Shown here: positions 18,825-29,178 of the stretch, piece after piece | Layout: the number at the start of each line of letters is the position of its first letter | Position numbering within the stretch: position 1 is the stretch's first letter | Virus record (IMG/VR): IMGVR_UViG_3300038393_000457 | Coordinates: 1-64,000 of that record | DNA: 64,000 nt | Reading direction: 5' to 3' (one strand) | Origin: a virus | Lineage: Duplodnaviria > Caudoviricetes | Translations under genes and position numbers: made by a program | The notes under the pieces: generated by a model | The model's input: the letters and a program-made list of their open reading frames with translations, nothing else | Database searches by the model: none | Told to the model about the DNA's origin: nothing

Positions 18825-19208
18825 ATGTTTGAGGATTTGAACGAAAGTAATTTCACTCTTTATGCAGCTAAGGCCTACGATACACCAAATTGTATCAAAA
18901 GTGAATTTGCGGAAGATATCAACAGAGTGCGATATATCAGACGAATGTTTAGAACGTATCGTAAGACCGGTGAATTAAAGGAACGCAATCTCGTCAATCA
19001 TCTTGTGGTCACATATAATGTGTTTGGACCTGCTGCCACAAGAATGTTGTTCTATATGGTAGATAAAGAAAACCATGTATTGTTGAAGACGTTCCTTTTG
19101 TTTATTGGAAGAATGCCAGAAAGAATTGCCAAAGTTAGAGGGGAAGAAATCATCTCTTCTGACATAGGAATAGACCTAAAGATCGTTGAATTGTTGAGGA
19201 AGCTATGA
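18825..19208 (+). CDS. conserved T4-like hypothetical protein
   Basis: LNESNFTLYAAKAYDTPNC...NHLVVTYNVFG. Confidence 0.65.
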   Translation: MFEDLNESNFTLYAAKAYDTPNCIKSEFAEDINRVRYIRRMFRTYRKTGELKERNLVNHLVVTYNVFGPAATRMLFYMVDKENHVLLKTFLLFIGRMPERIAKVRGEEIISSDIGIDLKIVELLRKL

Positions 19209-19381
19209 AAAATAAACAACTCAAAGAAGATGCTCCACTCAATTCAGTTGGTAATGGTATGGGTGTACAAGGTATTGGTGTAGGTCCAAATGGTGAACCA
19301 GGCGGACCAAAAAGTAAACTTATCAAGAGAATTCTAAAGCGAAGACAAGATAAGGATTATAAACATGTCACTGACTATTGA
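19205..19381 (+). CDS. small Gly-rich conserved protein (EDAPxNSVG motif)
   Basis: 58-aa ORF read manually, overlaps both neighbours. Confidence 0.55.
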   Translation: MKNKQLKEDAPLNSVGNGMGVQGIGVGPNGEPGGPKSKLIKRILKRRQDKDYKHVTDY

Positions 19382-19922
19382 TGAAGTATTGGATATGATC
19401 ATCCGTAATGAGGGTGGTTATGTTTCAAATCCTGCGGATCGTGGCGGCCCTACCAATATGGGTGTAACTCAAGCAACCCTTTCACAATATCTTGGTCGCC
19501 AGGCATCAATCCAGGATGTTAAGAATCTTACTATGGATCAGGCCAAGGAAATCTTTGCTCGAAACTATGTTTCTGGCCCTCGCATTGATACATTACCAGC
19601 TGATATAGTTCCAGTTCTCGCAGACGCCTCCGTCTTGTTTGGTCCAAAACGTGCTATCATGTTTCTTCAGACAGTTTTGAATAAGTCTGGATATGGCCCT
19701 GTGGATGTAGATGGTGTTATTGGACCTATTTCTAGACAGAAGGTGATTGATGCTTATGGGGATGGTACACCATCAAAGACCGTTCCAGGTAAATATCTCG
19801 TAAATGCTATTGTTCATGAACGTATCGCATTTTGTCAACGGATTGTTGCAAATGATCCAAGTCAAGGTATCTTCCTTGATGGTTGGAATAATCGTTCCAA
19901 TCGTTTCCTAGTGGAGGTTTAA
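19365..19922 (+). CDS. GH108 family endolysin with peptidoglycan-binding domain
   Basis: EGGYVSNPADRGGPTNMGVT; VDGVIGP; FLDGWNNR. Confidence 0.9.
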   Translation: MSLTIDEVLDMIIRNEGGYVSNPADRGGPTNMGVTQATLSQYLGRQASIQDVKNLTMDQAKEIFARNYVSGPRIDTLPADIVPVLADASVLFGPKRAIMFLQTVLNKSGYGPVDVDGVIGPISRQKVIDAYGDGTPSKTVPGKYLVNAIVHERIAFCQRIVANDPSQGIFLDGWNNRSNRFLVEV

Positions 19923-19923
19923 A

Positions 19924-20514
19924 ATGGGTATCCTGTCTGGTCTTAATCCAGTATCAGCCATTGTCGATTCAGTCTCCGGCGCTGTACAAGGTGTCGGAAA
20001 AGTTTTCTTTGGATCAACCGAGGAACGTGACCAACAGGCTTCCGATGAAATCAAATCAGTTCAAGCTGGCTACCAAGCTGAATTTATGGCACCTGAGAAG
20101 AAGGGTAAATTCAACCAGTTTGTTGACGGAGCTAATCGTCTTGTAAGACCATTCTTCACTTTTGGTGTTGTTGCTTTGTTTGCATGGTGTGTTTATGATC
20201 CGGCTCAGTTCTCGGTCGCGATGCAGGCATTACGATTGATGCCCGATAATCTCTGGTATGTGTTATTTGCAATCATCACTTTCTGGTTTGGATCCAGAAC
20301 ACTTATCGATCATGCTGCAGCAAAAGCTCAAATCACAGGCCCAACAGAACAGCAAGTCTCTGATGTTCTCAATAGCCAAAGGCAATTGCAGGAATTGCGG
20401 GCTGCGGCACAACAAGATAAGTATGCATCCAAGATCAAAGACGGCGCTTCTACGGTAAACACTACGGATAATCCATCTATCCAGGATTGGATTAATAAGT
20501 TCAAGGGTCTATAA
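19924..20514 (+). CDS. holin-like membrane protein (3TM holin family-like)
   Basis: VRPFFTFG, two hydrophobic helices, FWFGSR; adjacent to endolysin. Confidence 0.65.
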   Translation: MGILSGLNPVSAIVDSVSGAVQGVGKVFFGSTEERDQQASDEIKSVQAGYQAEFMAPEKKGKFNQFVDGANRLVRPFFTFGVVALFAWCVYDPAQFSVAMQALRLMPDNLWYVLFAIITFWFGSRTLIDHAAAKAQITGPTEQQVSDVLNSQRQLQELRAAAQQDKYASKIKDGASTVNTTDNPSIQDWINKFKGL

Positions 20515-21212
20515 TGACCCCGGATTTCTGGGTGACACTTCTCCAGGGTGGAAATATTATGATCGCCGCTATTATTGCGGAAGGTCTTATTATTGTCTAT
20601 TTGGGTCGTTATGTTGCCAAGTTGGTTGACAAGATCATTGATATGTCTCAAAAGACGGCGGAGGTGATGGAAAAGCTTTCGAGTGACTATAGAGAAAGGA
20701 ACAAACATTGAAATTCCTTCCTTTTTTGTGTCCCAAAAAAATAAAAGACCTGGATAAATGTCTAGAACGCTTTGATCATGCTTTTGATGACATAAGTAAT
20801 TTTCTCCCCATTGATTTATTACCCGAAAATACGGTTGGTTCATTAATTCAACAGCTACCAGACCATAAGAAGGAAACCAAGAATGGTTGAACCATTTTCC
20901 TTTAATATGATACTGATAGTAACAACCGCACTATTAACAGTTGTTGCAATTCTTTATACATTAATGCGCCAAAGAATCACAAAGCTGGATCGACGTGTCC
21001 GCTTGTTTCTTTTTGGCATTTTCGTTACATGGACAGGATTCATAACAATACCTTTCCTTACAACTTCCGTTGCATTTATATCCTCTGGAATGATCGTGAT
21101 CGGAAGCTTGATCACGGTCCAAATTCTTTTGGAATGGAAGTATGGAAGAATGGTTTGGTTAAAATTCCTTGGATTGATCCTATTGATATCTCTCCTGATC
21201 TTCTTCATGTAA
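20514..21212 (+). CDS. three small ORFs (20514-20711, 20708-20890, 20883-21212), two of them membrane proteins; possible lysis accessories
   Basis: coupled ORFs with TM segments after the holin. Confidence 0.5.
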
Positions 21213-21241
21213 TTGACAAAACCATAGGTTAATGCTATAAC
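21213..21241 (+). promoter_or_regulatory. sigma70-type early/middle promoter
   Basis: TTGACA-N17-TATAAC; similar sites at 25788, 28328, 32303, 35073, 36978, 40700 (N16-17). Confidence 0.7.
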
Positions 21242-21247
21242 CTATGA

Positions 21248-22273
21248 ATGTCCGTATTCATTTGTAGAAAATATGCAAACGCTCTAGGCACTCGCCTAGA
21301 GCGTTTTTCACCTAAAGGCAACGACACTTGGATGTTTCGTTGTCCGCTTTGCGGCGACTCCAAGAAAAACAAATACAAAGCTCGTGGTCATATCTATCGC
21401 AAGAAGGATAGTTTCTACTATCGTTGCTTCAATTGCAACGTCAGCACCACTTTCGAGTCTTTCCTAAAACAAGTTGCACCTGATCTTAACAACGAATTTC
21501 GATATGAGCGATTCGCAGAAATGCGTGCTGATCGCAAGACATTTGAAGTGGACCAGGTAATCGAGAAAATGAATGAGCGCAATGAAAGACTTAACAATCT
21601 GTCATTGAAAAATGTGTTGACTCCTTTGAGTGATCTTCCCAAAGATCACAAGGCACGATTGTATATCGAAAAACGAAAAATTCCTCAGGATGCTTGGAAG
21701 TATTTGTCTTATTCAGATGATTTCCGGAAAGTTGTCCGGGAGCTTGATCCTGAAAAAGCGAACAAAATGCCCGATAATGATGAACGTGTGGTGATCACAA
21801 CATTTGGTCCTAATCACGAAATCATCGGTGTTGCCGGCCGTTCACTCGATCCGAACAATGAGAAGAAATATATTCATATCAAGGCCTCTGACAAGTACCC
21901 GAAGTTATTTGGGATGGATCGTACACCATTTCATCATGGTGCTTTGGTATTTGAAGGGCCGATTGATGCATTGTTTTTTGACAATGGCATAGCAACTTGC
22001 GATTCCGATTTGACATTTGCTTGCAGATATTACAAAGATGTTATATTGGTCTATGATAATGAACCAAAGAATCCATATATCGTCAAAGGAATAAAGAACG
22101 CAATTGACAGGGAGTTTCGTGTCTGTATTTGGCCTTCAGATATCTCTTTCAAAGATGTTAATGATATGGTTATGGGAGGAATGTTGATTCAGGATATCAG
22201 AAGAATTATCCTGGACAATACAGTTGAAGGTATGCGAGCACAGATATATTTCAATCGCTGGAAAAAAGTATAA
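21248..22273 (+). CDS. 61: DNA primase gp61
   Basis: RCPLCGDS..K.KARG zinc finger; VFEGPIDALF; YDNE TOPRIM. Confidence 0.95.
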   Translation: MSVFICRKYANALGTRLERFSPKGNDTWMFRCPLCGDSKKNKYKARGHIYRKKDSFYYRCFNCNVSTTFESFLKQVAPDLNNEFRYERFAEMRADRKTFEVDQVIEKMNERNERLNNLSLKNVLTPLSDLPKDHKARLYIEKRKIPQDAWKYLSYSDDFRKVVRELDPEKANKMPDNDERVVITTFGPNHEIIGVAGRSLDPNNEKKYIHIKASDKYPKLFGMDRTPFHHGALVFEGPIDALFFDNGIATCDSDLTFACRYYKDVILVYDNEPKNPYIVKGIKNAIDREFRVCIWPSDISFKDVNDMVMGGMLIQDIRRIILDNTVEGMRAQIYFNRWKKV

Positions 22274-22447
22274 AAATTCCCCGAGTAATGTTAATGGAAT
22301 GGAGTGCTGAAACCTCAATAGGATCAGCACTCTATTAGGCCTATATGGTTCCGAAAATCTCGCAATAGATAGTATGGCTATTGCCTTTTTAGGCAAAATG
22401 AGATAAATAAAAAATCAAACAATAAGAAGAAGAGAGAGTATCAAGAA

Positions 22448-24397
22448 ATGCCGGATAATGTCGCGGGCAAGCGCAATAATTTTTTCCCAACCGATCTACA
22501 AAATTACGTTCACATTTCGAAATATGCCCGTTGGCTACCTGATGAAAACAGACGTGAAAACTGGCCAGAAACAGTTGGACGCTATTTCAATCATTTCGAG
22601 AAGCATCTAAAAGGGTCTACACTTTACACCTTGACTCCAAAGGATCGTGCTGAACTGGAAGATGCTGTATTGAACCAGAAGATCGTACCATCAATGCGTG
22701 CGTTGATGACTGCTGGTCCAGCCATGGAGCGTTGTGGTGTTTGTGCCTATAATTGTGCATACGTTGCCGTTGATTCACCCCGCACTTTTGATGAAATTGT
22801 GTATGTTCTCATGTGTGGTACTGGCGTTGGTTTTTCTGTCGAAAAGAAATATGTAAGCAAACTACCAATAATCGAAGAGGAATTCCACGAAACCGATACG
22901 ACTATCAAGGTACGTGATTCCAAGATCGGATGGGCGAAAGCTTATCGTGAGCTTGTTCATTTGCTTTATGGTGGACAGATTCCCAAGTATGATGTATCTG
23001 CTGTACGCCCTGCTGGTGCACCTCTAAAGACATTTGGTGGTCGTGCATCTGGACCGGAACCTCTTGTCGATTTGTTTGAATTCACAATCAAGATGTTCCA
23101 ACAGGCCGCTGGTCGCAGACTTAAGCCAATCGAATGTCATGATATCGTGTGCAAGATTGCTGAAATTGTTGTTGTTGGCGGCGTTCGTCGTTCCGCTTTG
23201 ATTTCTTTGTCTGATATGGATGACAGAGAAATGCGCGATGCAAAGAGTGGCAAGTGGTGGGAAACCCATCCGCATCGTCGTCTCGCAAACAATTCCTGGG
23301 TAGCTACAGAGCCAGAAATCAATCCTGGCATCTTCATGGAAGAATGGTATTCTCTTTACAAGTCCAATTCTGGTGAAAGAGGCATCTATTCCCGTTATGC
23401 TGCGCAACAACAGGTAGAGAAGATTGGTCGTCGCAAGATGGATGATGATTTTGGTGTCAATCCTTGTTCTGAAATCATCTTGCGCAATCGTCAATTCTGC
23501 AACCTCACCGAAGTGGTTGTCCGTTCAACTGATGGACCAAAGGAATTAAAGGAAAAGGTTCGTCTTGCAACTATTCTCGGCACATTCCAATCTACTGTGA
23601 CAAACTTCAAATACATCACAAAGAAATGGTCCGAGAATTGTAAGGAAGAAAGATTGCTTGGTGTGTCCTTAACAGGCATCTTGGATAACAAGTATCTCAA
23701 TGGTCGTCATAATGGTTTGAATGAAACCATAAAGCTTCTAGAAGAGATGAAGCAAGTAGCAATTGACACAAACAAGGAATGGGCGGCAAAGCTTGGTATC
23801 AATCAAGCAACAGCCATCACTTGTGTCAAACCATCTGGTTCTGTTTCTACTCTTATGGATACTTCTGCTGGCATCCACACTCGTCATTCGCAGTATTATA
23901 TTCGCACTGTGCGTAATGACAAGAAGGATCCATTATATTTCATGATGGCAGATTCTGGTTTCCCAGTTGAAGATTGCGTTATGAATCCAACTCAAACTGC
24001 GGTGTTTTCTTTCCCAGTAAAAGCCCCGAAGGATGCTGTATTCCGTAAGGATTGGGATGCTATTGTTCAGTTGGAAGTGTGGAAGGTTTATCAGGATCAT
24101 TGGACAGAACACAAGCCATCTGTGACAATCTCAGTCAAGGAAGACGAATGGGTCAAAGTTGGCTCTTGGGTCTATGATCACTTTGATAATATTTCTGGTG
24201 TGTCGTTCCTGCCTTATTCCGATGCTGAATATAAGCAAATGCCTTATCAGGAATGCAGCAAGGAAGAATACGAGGAACTCCTTGCGAAGATGCCCAAGGA
24301 TGTTGACTGGTCACGACTTCAGATGTATGAAATGTATGACCAGACCACGGGCATGGCCGAGCTTGCGTGCACCGGTGGAAGTTGCGATATTACATAA
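22448..24397 (+). CDS. nrdJ: class II (adenosylcobalamin) ribonucleotide reductase, monomeric RTPR type
   Basis: PSMRAL, NCAY, GVRRSA, NPCSE, TCVKPSG, C-terminal CxGGxC. Confidence 0.95.
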   Translation: MPDNVAGKRNNFFPTDLQNYVHISKYARWLPDENRRENWPETVGRYFNHFEKHLKGSTLYTLTPKDRAELEDAVLNQKIVPSMRALMTAGPAMERCGVCAYNCAYVAVDSPRTFDEIVYVLMCGTGVGFSVEKKYVSKLPIIEEEFHETDTTIKVRDSKIGWAKAYRELVHLLYGGQIPKYDVSAVRPAGAPLKTFGGRASGPEPLVDLFEFTIKMFQQAAGRRLKPIECHDIVCKIAEIVVVGGVRRSALISLSDMDDREMRDAKSGKWWETHPHRRLANNSWVATEPEINPGIFMEEWYSLYKSNSGERGIYSRYAAQQQVEKIGRRKMDDDFGVNPCSEIILRNRQFCNLTEVVVRSTDGPKELKEKVRLATILGTFQSTVTNFKYITKKWSENCKEERLLGVSLTGILDNKYLNGRHNGLNETIKLLEEMKQVAIDTNKEWAAKLGINQATAITCVKPSGSVSTLMDTSAGIHTRHSQYYIRTVRNDKKDPLYFMMADSGFPVEDCVMNPTQTAVFSFPVKAPKDAVFRKDWDAIVQLEVWKVYQDHWTEHKPSVTISVKEDEWVKVGSWVYDHFDNISGVSFLPYSDAEYKQMPYQECSKEEYEELLAKMPKDVDWSRLQMYEMYDQTTGMAELACTGGSCDIT

Positions 24398-24767
24398 TTG
24401 AGGATTTACTATGTGGAAACCAATTTCTGAATGTCCAGAAGATACTAAAGGTGTTTTTGGATATTGGGATCAATTTGATAGTTGGGTATTCAACATTTTC
24501 GGGTCAAAAGACCAACCCGAAAAGTATGGATATACTCATTGGCTTGATATGAATCCTCCACAAAGGGATGTGTAATGCCTGCTGAATATAGAAATCCAGA
24601 TGGTACTTGGTCGCAAGGATACTATTGCATGACTTGCGGTGAATGTTGCAACATGTACGCTACTGGTCATGGTGATGGTAAGTGTAAGCCAAATCCAAAG
24701 TTGGTTGCAGCATTAATTGAAGTAAATAAGAGAGAAAATGATTATCCAAGACACTCTGGTATGAAAA

Positions 24768-25217
24768 ATGTTGACACTACTAGAACAAGCTAATCATAGT
24801 AAAGGTACATATTTCGCGTTGCAGCCATCTGGGGCGACGCGAAATCGCCTGCAGGATTTGGTGTCAGAATTGAACATCGACAATGCAGTCAAACCTATGG
24901 AATATCATTGCACGGTGATTTATTCCAAGACACCTTGCCCGCAAATGAGAAATTTCAGACCTAAACTGCCGGTTTGGGCAATGGGTGTTGAATTTCTGTT
25001 GTTCGGGGAAAACAAGAATATTTTGGTATTGAAGTTGGAGTCCATCTCTCTCCATAAGTTATATGATGATCTTCAAGTCTATAATCCATCAAGTGATTAC
25101 GATCAATACAATCCTCATATCACTCTTTCATATAATTGGGAGGAAGAACTTCCTAAATTGAAGGAGGTAATTCCAGTGTGTTTTGATACGTTCCTTTGCA
25201 CTCCTTTGGAGGACTAA
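24768..25217 (+). CDS. 2H phosphodiesterase, T4 57B/Acb1-like
   Basis: YHCTVIYS and PHITLSY HxT motifs. Confidence 0.8.
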   Translation: MLTLLEQANHSKGTYFALQPSGATRNRLQDLVSELNIDNAVKPMEYHCTVIYSKTPCPQMRNFRPKLPVWAMGVEFLLFGENKNILVLKLESISLHKLYDDLQVYNPSSDYDQYNPHITLSYNWEEELPKLKEVIPVCFDTFLCTPLED

Positions 25218-25240
25218 GTATCCAGACTTAAGGAGTCTGG

Positions 25241-25807
25241 ATGTCAACAAATTTACTAGTCGGAATTGATTATAGTCTTAGCTGCCCGTGCATTGGTTTT
25301 CTTGATGGAGGACAGATGCATTTTCGGTTCCTAACAGACACCAAGAAATACATCAATAAATGGAAATACAAGAACCTGATCATAGAAGGAATTGAACATA
25401 AGAATTGGAGTCATCCACTAGAACGCTACAACAATATTGCTGTTCAGATACTTGGTGACACTGATTATGAAGTCAAGACTTTAAGAAATGCCAAAAACAT
25501 TAACATCGAAGATTATTCTATGGGCTCTAAGGGAAAGGTATTTGGGATTGCAGAGAATACGGCAATCCTTAAGAACCATCTTTGGTCAAAAGAAATAACA
25601 TATGGAACAATCCCACCAACTGTTGTGAAGAAATTTGCAACCACAAAGGGTAATTCCAAGAAAGAACAGATGTATGAAGCATGGTTAGATCAAGTTGGGA
25701 TCGATCTAAAGAAGCTCATGGATATTGAAACTGATAAAGTAACTTCACCTTTGTCAGATTTAGTAGATGCGTTTTTCTTAGCTAAACTTGACAAGTGGCA
25801 TAAGTAG
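25241..25807 (+). CDS. RuvC-like (RNase H fold) nuclease/resolvase
   Basis: GIDYSL, IEDYS, PTVVKKFAT.KGNSKKE, DLVDAF. Confidence 0.75.
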   Translation: MSTNLLVGIDYSLSCPCIGFLDGGQMHFRFLTDTKKYINKWKYKNLIIEGIEHKNWSHPLERYNNIAVQILGDTDYEVKTLRNAKNINIEDYSMGSKGKVFGIAENTAILKNHLWSKEITYGTIPPTVVKKFATTKGNSKKEQMYEAWLDQVGIDLKKLMDIETDKVTSPLSDLVDAFFLAKLDKWHK

Positions 25808-25870
25808 TATATAAGTAAAAGGAGAACGACAGACGTTCTCCACAAATATAAGAAGTTAGGGGTTCTAACG

Positions 25871-26929
25871 ATGTATGAATTAGCTGTGTTTATCGGCAGA
25901 TTTCAGCCGTTTCATTTAGGTCATAAGCTCGTTCTAGATAACGGCTTCAAGGTCGCCAAGAATGTCTTGGTGTTCCTCGGTTCGCATGATTCTCCTCGCA
26001 CGATGGTCAATCCGTGGACGAGTGAAGAACGTGCCGGACTAATCAATTCGATCTATGCAAAGACTGAATTTGCTCATAGAATCGACTTCAAACCAATTGT
26101 AGATTTCCCATATAACGATACACTTTGGATGCGTCAAGTCCAGCAGGAAGTATATTCTCGCGGATTGACTGACGATCAGGTTTGTCTAATTGGTGAAAAG
26201 AAAGATGAAGGAACATCCTTCTATCTCAAGATGTTCCCACAATGGGATTATGTCGGTGTTCCTGATGTTCCAGACATCAATGCGACCGATATCCGTGAGT
26301 CATATTTTGAATATGAGAAGGCTCGAAATCATATTGGTTATTTCGACGGGTTTCAAAAGAATGTGCCGAAAGAAACTTTTGATTTCTTGGTTGATTTTTT
26401 CTCAGCAGAGGAAGATTATGAATATGTTAAGAACGAATTTGAATTCCAGTACCAATACGACAAAAAGTGGGAAAATTCTCCTTATCCACCGATGTTCATT
26501 ACTGTTGATTCCGTTGTTGTGCAAAGTGGACATGTGTTATTGGTCAAACGCCGTGCCCATCCTGGAAAAGGGCTTTGGGCTCTTCCAGGTGGTTACCTAA
26601 ACAAAAATGAAAAGTTGTTTGATGGGGCTATTCGTGAATTGATGGAAGAAACAAAGATCAAGGTGCCAATTGATGCACTCAAGGGATCATTCGTTGAAGT
26701 CCAAGTTTTCGATGCACCAAATAGATCAACTCGCGGCCGTATTGTAACTCATGCTCATTCCTTCAAACTGAAGGATGGCGGTAAGCTTCCCCGCATTAAA
26801 GGAAGTGATGATGCAGAGAAAGCAAAATGGATACCTTTCTCTGATATCAAGCGTAGTGAACTTTTTGAAGACCACCACGCGATTTTAGAAACAATGATAT
26901 CCAGACTTAACGGCGATAGACGCCAATAA
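25871..26929 (+). CDS. nadM: bifunctional NMN adenylyltransferase / Nudix ADP-ribose pyrophosphatase
   Basis: IGRFQPFHLGH; PGG...AIRELMEET Nudix box; GSDDAEKA. Confidence 0.95.
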   Translation: MYELAVFIGRFQPFHLGHKLVLDNGFKVAKNVLVFLGSHDSPRTMVNPWTSEERAGLINSIYAKTEFAHRIDFKPIVDFPYNDTLWMRQVQQEVYSRGLTDDQVCLIGEKKDEGTSFYLKMFPQWDYVGVPDVPDINATDIRESYFEYEKARNHIGYFDGFQKNVPKETFDFLVDFFSAEEDYEYVKNEFEFQYQYDKKWENSPYPPMFITVDSVVVQSGHVLLVKRRAHPGKGLWALPGGYLNKNEKLFDGAIRELMEETKIKVPIDALKGSFVEVQVFDAPNRSTRGRIVTHAHSFKLKDGGKLPRIKGSDDAEKAKWIPFSDIKRSELFEDHHAILETMISRLNGDRRQ

Positions 26930-26953
26930 TAACGAAAGGTTAGGGGTTCTAAC

Positions 26954-28327
26954 ATGACAAATCCTATTCTAAATGTTGACAGTTACAAGCATTCTCATTT
27001 TCTACAGTATCCACATGGCACGACCGAGGTGTATTCCTATATTGAGTCACGTGGTGGAGAATTCGGCAAGTTTGTATTCTTTGGTTTACAAGCTTATCTC
27101 AAGAAGTCTTTGAGTCGTGTTCCGACTCTTGATGAAATCGACCAGGCAGAAAAGATTGTTGTTGCCCATGGTCTACCTTTCAATCGTCAGGGGTGGGTCG
27201 ATCTTCATATCCTCGGATATTGGCCTGTTGAAATCAAGGCACTTCCAGAAGGTATGGTTGTTCCTACACATGTGCCTTGTGTGACTATTTGCAACACCGA
27301 TCCTCGCTTCTATTGGATTACTTCGTTCTTGGAAACCGCATTGCTTCGTGCTGTTTGGTATCCATCAACAGTGGCGACTATTTCATATAATGCAAAGAAG
27401 ATCATTTCTAAATATTTGGAAGAAACCTGTGATGTTCCTGATTGGAAGACAAACATTCTTCCTTTCCGTCTGCATGACTTTGGTGCTCGTGGTGTAAGTT
27501 CGGAAGAGTCTGCTGCTCTTGGTGGTCTTGGTCACCTTGTGAATTTCATGGGCACAGACACCATGTCGGCGCTTATTGCGGCCATGGAATTCTACAATGC
27601 CAAGGATGTTGTTGGATATTCCATTCCTGCCGCCGAACATTCCACCATTACTTCATGGGGCGAATCTGGTGAACCTGATGCATATCAGAACATGATTACA
27701 CAGTTTGGTGGTGGTCTGTATGCGGTTGTGTCCGATTCTTATGATCTTGACTTTGCGGTAAGGTCTATCTGGGGAGAAGAATTGCGGCACGATGTTCTGG
27801 ATGCAAAAGGTACCTTGGTTGTTCGTCCTGATTCAGGCGATCCTGCAACGATTGTTGTCAATACCTTGAATATCCTTGGTACCAAATTTGATTATACCAC
27901 AAATTCTAAGGGGTATATGGTACTTAATCCGAAAGTTCGCGTAATTCAGGGTGATGGTATCAATTTGAAGAGTATTCCTCAAATTCTAGAAGCTGTTAAG
28001 CAATCTGGATGGTCAACAGAGAATTTGGCCATGGGTATGGGTGGAATGCTCTTGCAGGGCTGTAATCGTGACACTCTCAAGTGGGCAATGAAGGCCTCAA
28101 GTGTCACGATCAATGGAAACGAGAAAGGTGTTAACAAGAATCCTAAGACTGATCCAGGAAAGGCTTCCAAGAAAGGTAAGTTTTCTGTGGTTGCAGAAAA
28201 TGGTACTCTTGTCTGCAAGCCACGCAATGGCTTTGCTGCATGGGATACAATGCAGACAGTCTATCGTGATGGTAAGCTTTTGGTGGATTGGACGTTTGAT
28301 GATGTGCGTTCTTTTGCTAATAGATGA
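26954..28327 (+). CDS. nadV: nicotinamide phosphoribosyltransferase
   Basis: DSYKHSH, LHDFGARG, IPAAEHS, VRPDSG, QGDG. Confidence 0.95.
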   Translation: MTNPILNVDSYKHSHFLQYPHGTTEVYSYIESRGGEFGKFVFFGLQAYLKKSLSRVPTLDEIDQAEKIVVAHGLPFNRQGWVDLHILGYWPVEIKALPEGMVVPTHVPCVTICNTDPRFYWITSFLETALLRAVWYPSTVATISYNAKKIISKYLEETCDVPDWKTNILPFRLHDFGARGVSSEESAALGGLGHLVNFMGTDTMSALIAAMEFYNAKDVVGYSIPAAEHSTITSWGESGEPDAYQNMITQFGGGLYAVVSDSYDLDFAVRSIWGEELRHDVLDAKGTLVVRPDSGDPATIVVNTLNILGTKFDYTTNSKGYMVLNPKVRVIQGDGINLKSIPQILEAVKQSGWSTENLAMGMGGMLLQGCNRDTLKWAMKASSVTINGNEKGVNKNPKTDPGKASKKGKFSVVAENGTLVCKPRNGFAAWDTMQTVYRDGKLLVDWTFDDVRSFANR

Positions 28328-28353
28328 TTGACAACACGATTAAATAAGATATG

Positions 28354-28385
28354 ATGCTCCGGAGATAGTCTCCGGAGCATTTATT
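28354..28385 (+). terminator. intrinsic terminator
   Basis: atgctccggaga-tag-tctccggagcat-tt. Confidence 0.7.
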
Positions 28386-28614
28386 ATGATTGTTGCATTT
28401 GTCCATATCATGGAAGATGAAAGACTACCACAATTTGGGGTGCGAGATATTCAGCCTGGAAATCCTCTCTTTGATAAGATTAGACAGTGTAAGGTGAGGC
28501 AGGAAATTCAAATTAAGATCGAAAGTTTGGAATTCTTTCAAAACAATTTTATCAACCTACCGGAAGTTGATCTTCCGGCGACTGTTGAAAAATTTTTAAC
28601 TATTTGGTCATAAC

Positions 28615-29178
28615 ATGAGATATTATGCAGGGATAGGCTCCCGAAAAACACCAAAAGATGTTCTGTTCATCATGGAACGGATTGGTCAGAGTCTCGCCTC
28701 CAGATTTGTTCTTCGATCTGGTGGTGCCGGAGGTGCTGATACCTCCTTTGAAAGAGGGGCCAATCGAGGTCAAGGTGTCACAGAAATCTTCCTTCCATGG
28801 AAAGGTTTCAATGCGGATGACGAGGACCGTGAGTTTCTTCCGGTATCTGATTTGTTTCTTGACAATCTGCCTCAGAAAATACAATATGAGGCTGCTGAGA
28901 TTGCAAAGCAGTTTCATCGCCATTGGAATGAATTGACTATCGGAGGAAAAAAGCTTCATACCAGAAATGTTTTACAAATTCTTGGTCGTGATCTAAATAC
29001 CCCAAGTGAATTTGTTATCTGTTGGACAAAAGATGGTAAAGCAACCGGCGGAACCGGTCAGGCAATGCGTATTGCGAAATCTAAGGGAATTCCAATCTAT
29101 AATCTAAAGAATAACGATGACAGGGATTCTTTGGTGAAGTGGTGGAATATGGAATATGGGTCTGATCCCATCGTCTGA
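28615..29178 (+). CDS. SLOG superfamily (DprA/YpsA-like) protein
   Basis: YAGIGSR, LRSGGAGGAD, GGTGQAMRIA. Confidence 0.8.
   Translation: MRYYAGIGSRKTPKDVLFIMERIGQSLASRFVLRSGGAGGADTSFERGANRGQGVTEIFLPWKGFNADDEDREFLPVSDLFLDNLPQKIQYEAAEIAKQFHRHWNELTIGGKKLHTRNVLQILGRDLNTPSEFVICWTKDGKATGGTGQAMRIAKSKGIPIYNLKNNDDRDSLVKWWNMEYGSDPIV

Noticed and set aside
4658-24397. inteins or introns in gp43, gp41, gp61 or nrdJ
   Set aside because: Lengths are normal and motifs contiguous.
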